Notes: a model not told the origin generated them from the letters alone. A stretch of DNA of 64,000 nucleotides from Azolla caroliniana (GCA_043228905.1 JBHGNT010000003.1:8742001-8806000), one strand, 5' to 3'; positions 13,597-25,598 are shown, counted from the stretch's first letter. Made by a program: numbers and translations.

Positions 13597-16500
13597 CTAC
13601 ACTACGACACTCGCCCCCTCCAAACCCGCACATCCTCCGGTATGTGCCGAAGTTCTTGATTCTTCGTATCCGTCTTCATCCGAAGCTTCCTCCGATTCTC
13701 CCCTTATGTCGACTATGAGTTGTAATCCACTTTCTTCGCTTCCCGCATCATTGTGGTCTTCGTCCGATTGCTCCTCGTTGTCAGCCTCGACTTGGATCAC
13801 ATAAGGTTTGTCGTCGGTCCGCTTCTTGAAAATCTTCACCCGCTTCCCGGCTATAGGCACTCGTAGTATTGTTCCATCCAACTCGGACAGTCGGTACGTC
13901 CCGTTGTCGAAGACCTTCCGAACCTCGTACGGCCCGAACCACCTTTTCGCGAATTTCCGCATCGTTGTATGTTGATGGTCCAAGCTACTATCATAGACGA
14001 TCACCCAATCTCCTTCTTCAATCCTCCTCGGTCGTAGTCGGTGCTTTGTGTCGAACCGGCTTTTGTTCCGGAACCGTGCTTCTTGTTGTCGGCGTGACGC
14101 TTCCGCTACATCTTTCGGTCTTCCCTCCAGTTGTCGTATCCGGACCGCTAGTAGTTCTTCCCGGCTCATCTCTTCCTTCCACGGTAGTATTGTCCATGTC
14201 GCGATTGCGGTTTCCGTTGGCATTACCGGTGCTTGTCCAGTCATGAGTTCTGCCGGCATGTAACCGGTCACGGAGCTATGCGTCGTCCGATCCGCCCATA
14301 GTGCATACGGAAGCATTTGTGGCCAATCCTTCACCCTTCCGTCGCATGCCTTCGCAAGTGCTTTCACGATCGGACTATGTCCTCGTTCGATCTTCCCGTT
14401 GGCCTCCGGATTGTAGGCCGTTGTCAACGTTAACCGAACTCCATGTTTGGCGAAGAATCCCCTAGCTTTGTCCGAGTCGAGTTCTCCCCGGTCCGCAATC
14501 ACTTGTCCTACGCAGCCGTACCTACAAAACACTTCTTCCAAAAGAAATTGGCACACCGCGGCACACGTTTTCCTCCGAAGCGCTCGACCTTCAACTTGGT
14601 TTGTGAGATCTTCTCGAGCTAACACCAAGTATTTCTTTTGTCCAATCCCGGTCGGCATAGCTACAATGTCGACCATCCACTTGAAGTTGATTGTCGGTGA
14701 GAATGTCGGATGCAGCTCATCTCGGTGTCGGACCCCGGAGTAGACTTGACATTTCTCGCAGCTTTCTGTGAACTCCGCGATATCTTTATACATGTTCTTC
14801 CACCAATATCTTTGCTTGATTTTCACAAAAGTTGCCCATGTTCCTCGATGTCCAGCCCAATCGGATTCGTGGAACTCGGACATTATCCGGTTTCGTTGCT
14901 CTTTCGTCCCGACTACTCGAAGTGGTATCCCATCCGGTCTTTTCGGCGTCCTCCATATTAAACCGTTTTCCAAGAAGAAATTTTGGACTTGCCTCTTCTT
15001 CCTTCGGATCTCGGCTCTCCTTTCTTTATCATTGGTTGAATCCTCGACCTCTTGTAGCATCTTCCCGATCATCAAGGTTTCCCCCTCGTATTCTTCTTCC
15101 CGGAATTCTCGGATCACGTTCACTCGGCATATGTGTTCTGACGTGAAGTAGTCTTCGGAAACTTCTTCATTATCTGATTCGGTTATGTCGTCTTCAAACC
15201 GCGCCCTCGATAACATGTCCGCTACTGCGTTGTCCTTCCCCGAGATGTGTCGAACCTCCGGATTAAGTGACTTGACATATGCAATCCACCTTAGCATAGC
15301 CACATCCGGTATCGTACAACACCGCATCATCCCGAGTATCGGAAGACAATCCGTCTCGATCACCACTTCAGCTCCGATCAAATAATCCCGATCCGATTTT
15401 ATCGCCGACACGACTCCCCACAATTCTCTTTTGACTTGTGCATATCCGCGTTGCCTTTCGTTAAGGACCTTTGCTCCAAATCGGATCGGATACCGCGAAC
15501 CATCCGAGTCGGCTTGATTGATGACCCACCCGATACCGGTTGGACTTGTATCAACCGTTACTATGATTGGCCGCTCGTAGCTTGGCTTCTTAAGTGATTC
15601 CGCCCTCCATAGTGTCTTCTTGAGCTTCCTCATGGCTTTAGTGTGTTCCGGTTTCCACTCGAATTTCTTACCTTTCCACAACAAGTGATAGAGCGGGTCC
15701 GCTATATGTGCATAGTGCGGAATCCATATGTGATAGAATGCACACGCACCCAGAAACCTTCGGACTTCCGATGTTGACTCACATACTTCCTTCATAGCTT
15801 GAATCGCATCGATCTTTGTTGGTGACGGTCTTCGGCCGTAGGGTCCACATAGATGTCCGACCACCAATATTTCTTCTTGCCCGAATGCCGATTTCTCCCC
15901 GGAAAGTGTTAGGTGCACATCTTCTAGCTTTCGCAACACTTTCTCGCAATCATGAATATGGTCGACCACGAACTTTCGGCATCCCCGATCATCCATAGTC
16001 TCATCTTTTTCTTCCACCGCGCATCCTTTCATCGGAATGTCATCTAGAAACGGCATCGTTATCTCCGGGATGCAATCTCGAAGCACCTTGTTCATCGCAT
16101 TCATCATATGTGCAACCGAGTTTGTCGCTCCTTGTGGTAGTGTGCACATTCGAACTAATCCTATCGGTGTCCGCATGGTAGTGATGTCTCGGCTCTCCAC
16201 GGCTAGTTGGAATTGGTCATACCCCGAGTATAGGTCCCCGATGGAGTATATCGCACGTCCGGCAAAAGCTTCCGCGAATTCGTCCACTATCGGACCGACT
16301 CCCGAGTTCCGGATCGTGACCTTGTTCACCGGTTGCAAGTCTTGGATGAATCGGAGTGACCCATTCTTCTTCGGAACCGTAAACCATCGATTTGAGTACG
16401 GAGCACTTGATGGCTCTAGAATCCCCATCGCCACCTTCTCCTTGAGCAAGTCGATGACTTTCGGAATATGCGCCCGTGGCACCGGAATCGGCTTCAGGTT

Positions 16501-17064
16501 CCACGGTACATGATCAATCGTGAAAATCACCATCGGCTCCACTATCTTTGGATCAATGCATCCGATCTCCCTCGATGTGAACGCGAATGCTTTGCCATGT
16601 TGCTCCAACATCTCTCGAAACCGTTTTTCTTCTTCTTGTAAGAGGAACCCACCTCCACCGATCCGAAGTTTCTTCCGGGTCTCATCTGTGAAGGCATGTC
16701 CGATATCCACGGACTTCCGAAGTGTCGGATCTCCCGAGACTTCTTTCTTCTTTTGTTCGCTATCGGCGGGTAGTGGTCCCGCGGCCGGTTTCACCTTCTT
16801 CTCCACGGTCTTGTATTTCGTACTTACCATTGCTTCTTCTTTGCGGAGCGCATCCGGCCCCATTTTCGCAACGATCTCGTACATCTCGACCGATTCCACC
16901 GGGACTACCCGGTTCCCTTGGCTTTTATCTTCCGCAAGCTCTTCAAGCCGTTGTAGTGTATTCCCATAGAACACTTCCTCGATCACTCCCACGATTTCTT
17001 CGTCTTCTTTTATTATTGATGCCGACCGTAACTTATCCTCCACTTGTCGGTATTGTTTCTTCAT
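13597..17064 (-). CDS. H pol (RT, RNase H, integrase with GPY/F motif, no chromodomain); frame open upstream to the frameshift site at ~17208
   Basis: 1155 aa uninterrupted. DLYSGY, LPQG, FLDD, HHCC zinc finger, DRGE, NGKIERGH, WFGPY. The ORF runs through the PPT into the 3' LTR. Confidence 0.93.
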   Translation of the reverse strand: MKKQYRQVEDKLRSASIIKEDEEIVGVIEEVFYGNTLQRLEELAEDKSQGNRVVPVESVEMYEIVAKMGPDALRKEEAMVSTKYKTVEKKVKPAAGPLPADSEQKKKEVSGDPTLRKSVDIGHAFTDETRKKLRIGGGGFLLQEEEKRFREMLEQHGKAFAFTSREIGCIDPKIVEPMVIFTIDHVPWNLKPIPVPRAHIPKVIDLLKEKVAMGILEPSSAPYSNRWFTVPKKNGSLRFIQDLQPVNKVTIRNSGVGPIVDEFAEAFAGRAIYSIGDLYSGYDQFQLAVESRDITTMRTPIGLVRMCTLPQGATNSVAHMMNAMNKVLRDCIPEITMPFLDDIPMKGCAVEEKDETMDDRGCRKFVVDHIHDCEKVLRKLEDVHLTLSGEKSAFGQEEILVVGHLCGPYGRRPSPTKIDAIQAMKEVCESTSEVRRFLGACAFYHIWIPHYAHIADPLYHLLWKGKKFEWKPEHTKAMRKLKKTLWRAESLKKPSYERPIIVTVDTSPTGIGWVINQADSDGSRYPIRFGAKVLNERQRGYAQVKRELWGVVSAIKSDRDYLIGAEVVIETDCLPILGMMRCCTIPDVAMLRWIAYVKSLNPEVRHISGKDNAVADMLSRARFEDDITESDNEEVSEDYFTSEHICRVNVIREFREEEYEGETLMIGKMLQEVEDSTNDKERRAEIRRKKRQVQNFFLENGLIWRTPKRPDGIPLRVVGTKEQRNRIMSEFHESDWAGHRGTWATFVKIKQRYWWKNMYKDIAEFTESCEKCQVYSGVRHRDELHPTFSPTINFKWMVDIVAMPTGIGQKKYLVLAREDLTNQVEGRALRRKTCAAVCQFLLEEVFCRYGCVGQVIADRGELDSDKARGFFAKHGVRLTLTTAYNPEANGKIERGHSPIVKALAKACDGRVKDWPQMLPYALWADRTTHSSVTGYMPAELMTGQAPVMPTETAIATWTILPWKEEMSREELLAVRIRQLEGRPKDVAEASRRQQEARFRNKSRFDTKHRLRPRRIEEGDWVIVYDSSLDHQHTTMRKFAKRWFGPYEVRKVFDNGTYRLSELDGTILRVPIAGKRVKIFKKRTDDKPYVIQVEADNEEQSDEDHNDAGSEESGLQLIVDIRGESEEASDEDGYEESRTSAHTGGCAGLEGASVVV

Positions 17065-17144
17065 TCCTCCGGTTACGGCCGTGTACGTAGATGCCCCATC
17101 CGGGCCGATTCGTACTTGTTTTGCTCCGAGAGTTTTCTTCCTGT

Positions 17145-17208
17145 GTGGGGTATCAGGGCTTCTCGGACTATCACTTCCCCACTCCGCAACAGTCCGCTTT
17201 AAAAATCC
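17145..17208 (-). promoter_or_regulatory. Putative -1 ribosomal frameshift signal (slippery site plus pseudoknot)
   Basis: G_GAU_UUU directly before the gag-pro UAA, 5-nt spacer, 11-bp stem. Loop GUGGGG is complementary to downstream CCCCAC. The -1 frame is open into pol. Confidence 0.8.
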
Positions 17209-19238
17209 ACTCTCACTTGGGACAAGAGTTCCCTCTTGTTCCTTTCGTGATTTGCCGGCACCGTTAGGAATTGGACGGATTTCCCTCCGTTTTGGCTCCG
17301 AATTCGCGCAAAAGCCGCACCACTATCGAGCACCTTCGTCTCCATCCGTGAAGCCGTGATAAAGGGTTGGCCGAGGATGACAGAATGTGAAACCTCATCC
17401 TGCACAAAGAAATTTTGGTCAATTTCGACATCCCCGATCTTTACCGTCACATCCGGACAAGCCGCAAATAGGTCTTCTGTCGTTTTCGTCGCTGCCCGAA
17501 TCTTCCATCCATGGTTGGTGTTTATAGGCCACTTCCCCTTTCGGTAGAACTCCTTGGACATCAAGTTGATCTCCGATCCGTGATCAATCAATGCTAGCAC
17601 GGGTTCTTTGATGTTGCCGATTCGGACCGGAGTCTCCGTAGTCGCACGTGCCCAGTGTGGCCTTGTATAGTGGGAGTTCGGAATTTCGCCTTCCACTTCG
17701 GTGTCGTTCATTGAAATGGTATTTGCATTCACCCTTGGAGCATTTTCCTCCGTACTTTGTCTCTTCCTTTTCAGAAGATCCACGAGAAGATCGTGAAACT
17801 CCTTCTTCGCTATTCCGAGTAGTTCCCGCAGCGAAAAATCTACCCGGCTATCCAAGATTCTTTCCTCGAACACTCTTTTCAAGTCGGTTTGTTGTTCTAT
17901 GTCCGAGGCGAGCTTGAATGCAGGAGTCGCCTTTTCTTTTCCCTTACCTCCGGAGTTCCAGCTTTCCGGTATCTTCGATGGTCCGGCCGCATCCTCCGTG
18001 CGCCGTCGTTTCTCGTCCACATACACCTCATGTAATTGACACAGGGCGTATATGCTATTCTTGTCGACAGGGCACTCCCATCCCGTAGCTTCCCGGACGC
18101 CTTCCGCGGTGTTTCGGATATCGTTGGAGTCGGTTTTCTCGGTGTTTCCTAGCACCTCCGGCCAGAAAGACGCCTTCGCTCCCGATGACTCCCCGACACA
18201 TATTCCCGCGGTTGTCGCATAGTTGCTTCTTGCCGCTAACTCCTCCTCGAGCACCTTCTTCATGCCGCCTTTCCGGAAGTTCGGTCGGACTGGCTTCCGA
18301 GAGTCCATCGAATGAATCCGGTTTCCCTCGTAGTAGATGAGATCCCGTCGTAGCGCCTCCTTATGGTCGTCGCAATCCCTCCGATCGTGTTCGGCGCTAT
18401 CGCACCATATGCACCGTCGATCCGTATATTTGGAGCTTGTGGGGCGGTCATCCGACTTCTTCACCATCGCGATCTTTAGATTCTCCATCTCCTTCAGCAG
18501 CTGCTCCACCGTAGACGCGTCGACTCCCTTCTCGGCCGTAATCTCCCGAGCCCTCGGTTGATGGTCTTCCAGTCCCGTTCTCGGTTTCGGAATCGGTTCC
18601 GAAACCCTCTTTTCTTCGTTGGCAAGCCATTGCCCCCTCTTCGTGTACCGCGCGACGATATCCCGCACGCTTTCCCATGTTTCGGTGAGGCCGCTTTCGG
18701 TGGTCGTGTCCTCAAGAAGCACTCCGAGATCTTTCCGGTCCCGGACGTCCACAGCTCGCAAAAACATGATGACTTTGTCCGGTGCAAGAATAGTTTGATC
18801 TCTCGCAGACAACCTCCCGAACCGACTTTCGAATGTCGAAAACACTTCAAGGACCTTCAGCCCCTTACCTGACGTTTCCACCCAATCCTCGAATCCCCTC
18901 CGCGTTGCCTTGGAGGAGTCCTCGATGGCAAACGTGGTCTTTAACGCCTCTTCGAATGCTTCCCACGTCGGATTTTGTTGTTGCAACCCGTGGATACTCC
19001 CTTGAAGCCCGTCGGTCGCCACCCGGTTAAAGGATGTCACTTGCAGCCCTTCCGAAGCCCGGCACCGGAGCATCTCCACCTTGTAGTCCTGCAAATATCG
19101 CGACACATCCTTACCATTAAATTGCCCGTTGCGTTGCACGAGCCGCTCCACTGATGCCGAAATCTCCGACATCGTGCGTTGTTCTTGAAGCATCCGTTCG
19201 AACATCGCCATCATATTGTTAGCTTGTTGAGCCTCCAT
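17199..19238 (-). CDS. H gag-protease
   Basis: CxxCxxxxHxxxxC knuckle (CIWCDSAEHDRRDC), protease ALIDHGSEIN...VILGQPF. First ATG after the PBS is at 19238; the ORF-track start at 19325 lies inside the LTR. Confidence 0.9.
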   Translation of the reverse strand: MEAQQANNMMAMFERMLQEQRTMSEISASVERLVQRNGQFNGKDVSRYLQDYKVEMLRCRASEGLQVTSFNRVATDGLQGSIHGLQQQNPTWEAFEEALKTTFAIEDSSKATRRGFEDWVETSGKGLKVLEVFSTFESRFGRLSARDQTILAPDKVIMFLRAVDVRDRKDLGVLLEDTTTESGLTETWESVRDIVARYTKRGQWLANEEKRVSEPIPKPRTGLEDHQPRAREITAEKGVDASTVEQLLKEMENLKIAMVKKSDDRPTSSKYTDRRCIWCDSAEHDRRDCDDHKEALRRDLIYYEGNRIHSMDSRKPVRPNFRKGGMKKVLEEELAARSNYATTAGICVGESSGAKASFWPEVLGNTEKTDSNDIRNTAEGVREATGWECPVDKNSIYALCQLHEVYVDEKRRRTEDAAGPSKIPESWNSGGKGKEKATPAFKLASDIEQQTDLKRVFEERILDSRVDFSLRELLGIAKKEFHDLLVDLLKRKRQSTEENAPRVNANTISMNDTEVEGEIPNSHYTRPHWARATTETPVRIGNIKEPVLALIDHGSEINLMSKEFYRKGKWPINTNHGWKIRAATKTTEDLFAACPDVTVKIGDVEIDQNFFVQDEVSHSVILGQPFITASRMETKVLDSGAAFARIRSQNGGKSVQFLTVPANHERNKRELLSQVRVDF

Positions 19239-19254
19239 CTCCTTGCCACCCGTC

Positions 19255-19272
19255 TTCACGTCGGGTTCACCA
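19255..19272 (-). promoter_or_regulatory. PBS of H, complementary to tRNA-Trp 3' end
   Basis: TGGTGAACCCGACGTGAA, 4 nt from the LTR. Matches the plant cytosolic tRNA-Trp 3' end ...TTCACGTCGGGTTCACCA (recalled, not searched). Confidence 0.8.
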
Positions 19273-22200
19273 ACTGTGTCGTGCCTTTCGGCTCCGGATC
19301 GTTGCGTGAGTCGGGTGGGAACCACAAAGGTCTTGGACTAGGAGAAAGAAGTTCGTGAGATAGAGATTAATTATGAGTAAATAGCAAAGAGAAAGATAAG
19401 AAACTCGTGAATCACACGAGTATACTATATTAATTGGTACTTAGGGTGTTAAGAGAGAAGTAGACGTATAAATCGTGAATCCCACGAATAATTTTTGTAT
19501 TGATTAATACTTAATCCAAATAATCAACAACCCTTTATATATTTCTCTCCTCCTTATATAAGGAAGGAAGAGCTAAGCATGGCTTCATGTTTTTTTTTTA
19601 TTACAAAAAGTGTTCATGTGATGCTTTTTTATTTCCTAAGTATAGGGCTCATGCACGCTAGATGTGCATGAGTTATTTTTAGTGTCTCGTGTTTTTTTTC
19701 TTTTTCATATATTAAAAAAATACACGATTTACCTTTTAATAAAGGTATGCATAAATAAAGGTCTTATACGTATTAAATCTATATTTAAAACACTTAAGAT
19801 AAGTTAATGTAATGGTAAGGTTGGGGTTTGTCAACGTGTAGGTGCAGAGTTCGAATCACGCCCTGCGTAGTAGTGAGTATTTCCTTTTTTTTACATTTAT
19901 GTCTCTTTATCCGGCTCTTCCTTGCCGGTATGTCGTTTTCTTCCTTGCCGGTATGCCGTTTTCCTCCTTGCCGGTATGCCGTTTTCTTCCGGTTCTCACC
20001 GAGCACTCCATTCTCTATCCGGAGGGACAAAAATATAATTTCCACATAGTGTGCAACCTACACTACGACAACGTCAAGGTGATCGTCCAGCTTCCGCATA
20101 CACTGCAGATTTCCTCCTACTCGCCTCCGATATCCCCTGGGATGACCAAGAACTTATGGAGCAATTTCGTTATGGTCTACGTAACGATGTCAAGGATTTA
20201 CTCTTAACCTTCCCCGAAGAACCAAAGTCATTGACATAAGCAAGCAGTCACACGGTGAGATGCGACAACTGTCCTTTCGAACGACGTTCGGAACGTCAGT
20301 TCTAGATGCCAAGGGCAAGATCAGAACCCACCTATGCCTCAGTGGTAGCAAAACCTTTTCCAAGCGAGTCATATAATGCGTCTCCAATGAATATTCCAAC
20401 TCCGATGGAAATTGACTGTACACGTCGTCGCAGACAATTATCAGAAGAAGAAAAGTAGTGACGCCGAGCAAATCGACTATGTCTTTATTGCGGTGGACCA
20501 GGGCATATTGCAGTGAATTGTCCCCATAGGCCAAGAAGACAAGTGAACCAAATAGTTGCTAGTTCTAATTGTACTAAACCCGACTCTATTTCAATATGAA
20601 TATCTGATAGTCCTAATAGTCCTAATAGCCCAAATCTATCAAACAAATTTGATGTCCTTAGTCAGTTAGAAAAAGAGGTAAATGACTAAGTCTAACCAAA
20701 ATAGGAGCCGTTTGATTGGACAACCCTAGATCTGTGCAGCCCATTAGTGGTTCCATTCCCTCTAAGCAAGTTAGCAATGTGTTCTTAGCCCAAGCAACAG
20801 TTAGTACTAAAAGTGCCTCTCCAGTACATGTCTCAGCACTCCTAGATTCCGGAGCTAATTCTTGCTTCATGGATAGGAATTTTGCCCAAGCTCATCTGAT
20901 ATCCCTAAGAAAACTCCCATGTCCAGCCTCTTTAGTAGTCATTGATGGTCATCCCATTGCTTCCGGAAATATCATAGAAGAGTCAGAGCCCGTTAATATT
21001 GTCCTAGATAATTTAGTGTGTGTAGTATCCTTTAATATAATTAGTATCCCAGAACATCCATTGTTTTGGGATTACCATGGTTCGAATTACATAACCCATA
21101 CATAGATTGGAGAACAAGGGAAATCCGGTATCGACAAACCCGACGATCTACTCATAAGATTGCAACCATTTTGCTACATTAGTTGCATGAGGAAGGACGT
21201 AAGGAAGAAATGTTGCTCTTCGTCGTATCAGTAAAACCCTCCAACACCACTAAAGAGGAGTCCACCGTTCAACTTCCACAGAAGTATCGTCATTATGCCG
21301 ATGTGGTCGATAAAGTACAAGCCAATACGCTTCCTAACTATCGACCATATGATTGCCCCATCGATTTACAACCGGGAAAAGAGCCACCCTGGGGACCGAG
21401 CTAGAAGTCCTTCAAGCCTATATACATGAGAATTTGGCAAATGGTTTCATTCGACATTTGAAATCTCCAGCCGACGCACCCATTTTCTTCATCAAGAAAA
21501 AGGATGGATCACTTCGTCTTGTCGTAGATTACCGTGGCTTGAATAAGGTCACCATTAGGAATTGGTACGCACTTCCCCTTATCTAAAGTCTTTTAGAACA
21601 GATCAATGGTGCAAGGTTCTTCACAAACATCGACTTACGAGGAGCATATAACCTCGTACGGATCCAACCAGGAGATGAATGGAAGACCGCGTTTCGCAAC
21701 AGATATGGGCACTTCAAGCATACGGTCATGCCATTCGGCCTCACTAATGCGCCAACAGTCTTCCAACACATGGTAGATGATATATTCCGAGATCTCTTGG
21801 ATGTTTGTTTAATCATCTATTTGGATGATCTACCGGTTTATTTGAAGACCCAAGAAGAGCATGATTCTCATGTATTGTTAGTACTAAAACGACTTCCAGA
21901 ACATGGACTTTATGCAAAGCTGGAAAAATGTAGTTTCGAGTGCAACCAGGTAGAATTTCTGGGCTAGGTCATTTCCTCGGAAAGCATCTCCATGGATCAA
22001 GCTAAGGTCAAAACGATGGTAGAGTGGCAGACTCCGTGTTCATTGCAAGATGTGCAATGCTTTTTAGGCTTTGCCAATTTCTACCGCAAGTTTATACAGG
22101 ATTACTCAAAGCTTGTTATGCCTCTCAGATAGCTCACCAGGAAGGGACAATCATTTGTTTGGTCTAAAGAAGAAAACATGGCTTTTGAGAGTCTTAAGAA

Positions 22201-23254
22201 GGCATTTACATCAACTCCAATTCTAGCTCATGTTGATCCGAAAAAACCATTCATCATTGAAGCAGACGCGTCGGATTTCGCCTTGGGTAGCATTCTGTCT
22301 CAACAAGGCGATGATGAAAAGCTACATCCTGTGGCTTTCCACTCACGCAAGTTTGACGACGCTGAAATCAACTATGAAATTCATGATAAGGGATCATCTT
22401 ATCAAGTCATTGTATTCAGTGATCACAAAAATCTTGCCTATTTTTAGAATGCTCGTGTGTTAAATGCTCAGTGGGCCCAATTCCTCACTGGTTTCGACTT
22501 CAAAATTACATATCATCCGGCGAAGCAACAAGGGAAGGCAAATGCATTATCACAGCGCTCGTATCTAGCACCGCATCCCGGCGAGCTAGCTTTCAATAAC
22601 CAAAAGTAAGGAATCCTGGGACCGGCACGACTGCAAGCAACGTAGGTCTTCGGTATGCCCTTGGATTCCCACGTTATTGATACCATATGTGAGGACTTGA
22701 AGACAAATGCTTTCACCAAAGCCATTCTAGCACAAATTGATCCCTCTCGAGCATCTTGTTCACAGTCGCAACAACCAGGTACGAACTATCAACAATTCGA
22801 ATGTCATGATGGATTACTATTCTTTAAGAAACTCTTGTATGTTCCTAATGGTACTTGTCGCCTTCAAGTAGTCCAAAACTGTCATGACACATATACAGTT
22901 GGGCATTTTGGTAGTACTAAAACATTAGATTTAGTACAACAATCATTTTGGTGGCCCCATATGCGACAACTTTGAAGATTTTGCTCAGAGTTGTGATACA
23001 TGTTGCAGAGAAAAAATGCCAAGGCATCATCCATATGGTTTATTAGAACCATTACCAATTCCAAGTAAGCCATGGAAATCCATTGCTCTAGATTTCATCA
23101 CAAATATTCCGGTCTCTAAGGGATTCGATGCGATCTTAACAATAGTGGATCAATATACGAAGATGGCCCATTTCCTACCATGTACTAAGGAAATCTCTAG
23201 TGAAGAAACCATTGAAACTGTCATGCGTGAAGTATATCAACATCATGGCCTTCC

Positions 23255-24015
23255 TATTGGGAGACAAGTCCCTCCGGATGGGAACCGGAAGAGGAGTACC
23301 CGGCTACGGAGAGCCGGATGGTGCAGACCCGGTGTGAACCGGATGAGGAGTACCTGGCTATAGAGAGCCGAATGGTGCAGAACCGGTGTGAACCGGATGA
23401 GGAGTACCCGGCTACGGAGAGCCGGATGGTGCAGACCCGGTGTGAACCGGATGGGGAGTACCCGGCTACGGAGAGCCGGATGGTGCAGGCCCGGTGAGAA
23501 CCGGATGAGGAGTACCCGGCTACGGAGAGCCGGATGACGCAGACCCGGTGAGAACTGGAGGAAGAGACATATTCGTAAATATGTTTCTGAGAACCCATCG
23601 AGGCTATATTTGTAAATAGCCGGAAAGTCATATTAGTATAAATATGACTTAGGGCAAATATGTGTTAGTAGTTGTTGTTCATTTTCTTGTTGGTGCAAGA
23701 AAAGAGAGTGTGTGTGTAACTGTACACAGAGAGAGAGAGAAAGAGGTTGTTGCCTCTGTTGTAACCGCCGCCTGTGGCGAAGATCTGTGAGCACAAGGTC
23801 GGTGCCTCAGTGAACTCACGGTTGTATATTCTTACATAGTGACAGTTTGCAGCCTGTGGGCTGTCGTGGTTTTTCCCCTAGTTTGGGGTTTTCCACGTGA
23901 ACCTCCTGTGTATCTCCCTCTTCTTCTTGTCGTGTTTTATTTCCCATTTTCTGTGTATGATCCTAAGCTCGGTTGTGGCCGAGCGTTGCGTATAGGGAGC
24001 GTTGAGTTCCCATCA
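23255..24015 (+). mobile_element. Solo LTR of the copia A family inside D integrase
   Basis: Homologous to 2064-2715. 5-bp TSD CTTCC (23250-23254 / 24016-24020). About five copies of the 54-bp repeat. Host frame HHGLP|NSIISDR is restored on removal. Confidence 0.93.
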
Positions 24016-25217
24016 CTTCCTAATAGTATCATCAGCGACCGTGAACCCCAGTTCGTCTCGAAGTTCTGGAAGCACCTCTTTAAAATGCTTAAGGTCACAT
24101 GTAACGTCACCTCCCGCTACCACCCGCAAACAGACGGCCAAGCACAACAAACAAATCAAATGTTGGAGCAGTATCTTCGGTGTTTTCTAAGCTATCATCA
24201 AGATGACTAGGCGGATATTCTCCACTTTGCCGAATTCTCCACTCATCGACAAAGGTTACACATTTTATGCTTATACGGGCTTTCACCCTCGGTGGTGTGT
24301 ATTTGAAACTCCAGAGTTACCCACAAATCCTTGCACAAAGGATCGTTTGCAGCGGTTACACAAGATATAAGCGGATTTATCTATTCATCTAAAGCATGCT
24401 CAACAAACACACAAGGTTTACACAGATCGTTGTCGGCTTCCATCCCGTTTTAGCATTGGCGATCGAGTATGGCTACTACAACGACACATCAAGACTACTT
24501 GCCCATGCAAGAAGTTGGATTATCGGCAATTAGGTCCTTTCCATATTATCGGAAAAATTAATGATGTCGTTTTTCGTCTCGATCTACCTCCGCAACTTCG
24601 GCTACATCCGGTGTTTCATAGTTCTCTCCTCAAACCCTATCAAGATAGCACCATCCTAGGTCATATTAAACAACCTCCACCCCCGATCAAACTTGAAGAT
24701 GGACCTGAGTACGAGGTTGCTGCCATCCTCGATTCCAAGATTGTTCGCAACAAGCTCTACTATTTAGTCCATTGGCTAGGATATAGTCCCAGCGAACGTA
24801 CTTGGGAAATGATAGAGAATGTGACCAATGCTCTTGCTCTTCTTGAAGACTTTCATCGTCAATATCCAGACAAACCTTGTCCTCAATCCAAAACGAGGAA
24901 CTTGTGACATTCATCATTTTTTAGTGTCATGATATGACGACTCGAACCCATGACCTTATATTGCATGGGTCGAGATAATACCATTAGGCTATGTATTGTA
25001 ATACGAAAGATATTATTTTCATTTAAGTTTTACTATAGAAAATTGATGTATATTCCAGATTTCTCTGGAACATTCTAGAAACTTCAAGAGTACTCCTGAG
25101 AACAGTATAAAAGGAGGCACAAGGCATTATTTCAAACCAAATCGGTTCAACGCCAGTCTTAAGCCTCCTAGCTACTATTGTATATTCTCTTAACATAATA
25201 TATATCTTTTGTTATCA

Positions 25218-25257
<40 letters not shown>

Positions 25258-25475
25258 TCAGTCACTCTTTCCTTCTCTCGAGAGTTCTACACCTCATCAT
25301 TTAGTACTAATTCCTTCTCTGTCCTAGTACTATTCCTGACAGTACTTCTCTGTCTTAGTATTGTTCCTGACAGTACTTCTCTGTCTTAGTATTGCGCTCG
25401 AACCATCGAATTTAGCTGGGAGGCTGATTTTGGGCTCCTTAAGAACTCCTTGACCGTCGACTTTTAGTTGTTGTA

Positions 25476-25598
25476 AACTCATCCTTGTAATCATTCTATT
25501 CTAATAAACCCACTCTTCTCTTATCAATCCATTCTCCTCTCTTCTTCTATTCTCTTATACCTTCCTTCAGTCGTTCAATCTCTCACTTTGTTCTAACA
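25476..25598 (+). repeat. U5 end of a C-family LTR, inverted relative to C
   Basis: Reverse complement of ~6916-7037; ends CTTTGTTCTAACA. Confidence 0.85.

Larger units (their letters stand above)
12818..20070 (-). mobile_element. Intact young non-chromovirus Ty3/gypsy element H
   Basis: Near-identical LTRs 12818-13609 and 19277-20070 (TGTCGTG...TACGACA). 4-bp TSD ACGT restores the host frame RRLRQGDRP. PPT 13610-13621. Two open ORFs. Confidence 0.96.
11749..25372 (+). mobile_element. Tcn1-like chromovirus D, degenerate
   Basis: LTRs 11749-12186 and 24925-25372 (TGTCATGATATGACG...). gag split by H, protease LLDSGAN, RT YLDD, INT split by a solo LTR, chromodomain ~24700-24870. Confidence 0.88.

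Noticed and set aside
13333-13659. Small ORFs duplicated at 19794-20207 (also 48044/55062 and 44527/57631)
   Set aside because: They are duplicated because they lie in LTR pairs; no recognisable protein features.
23276-23560. Regularly spaced repeats resembling a CRISPR array
   Set aside because: Whole units repeat with no unique spacers, they lie inside a copia LTR, and no cas genes are present.
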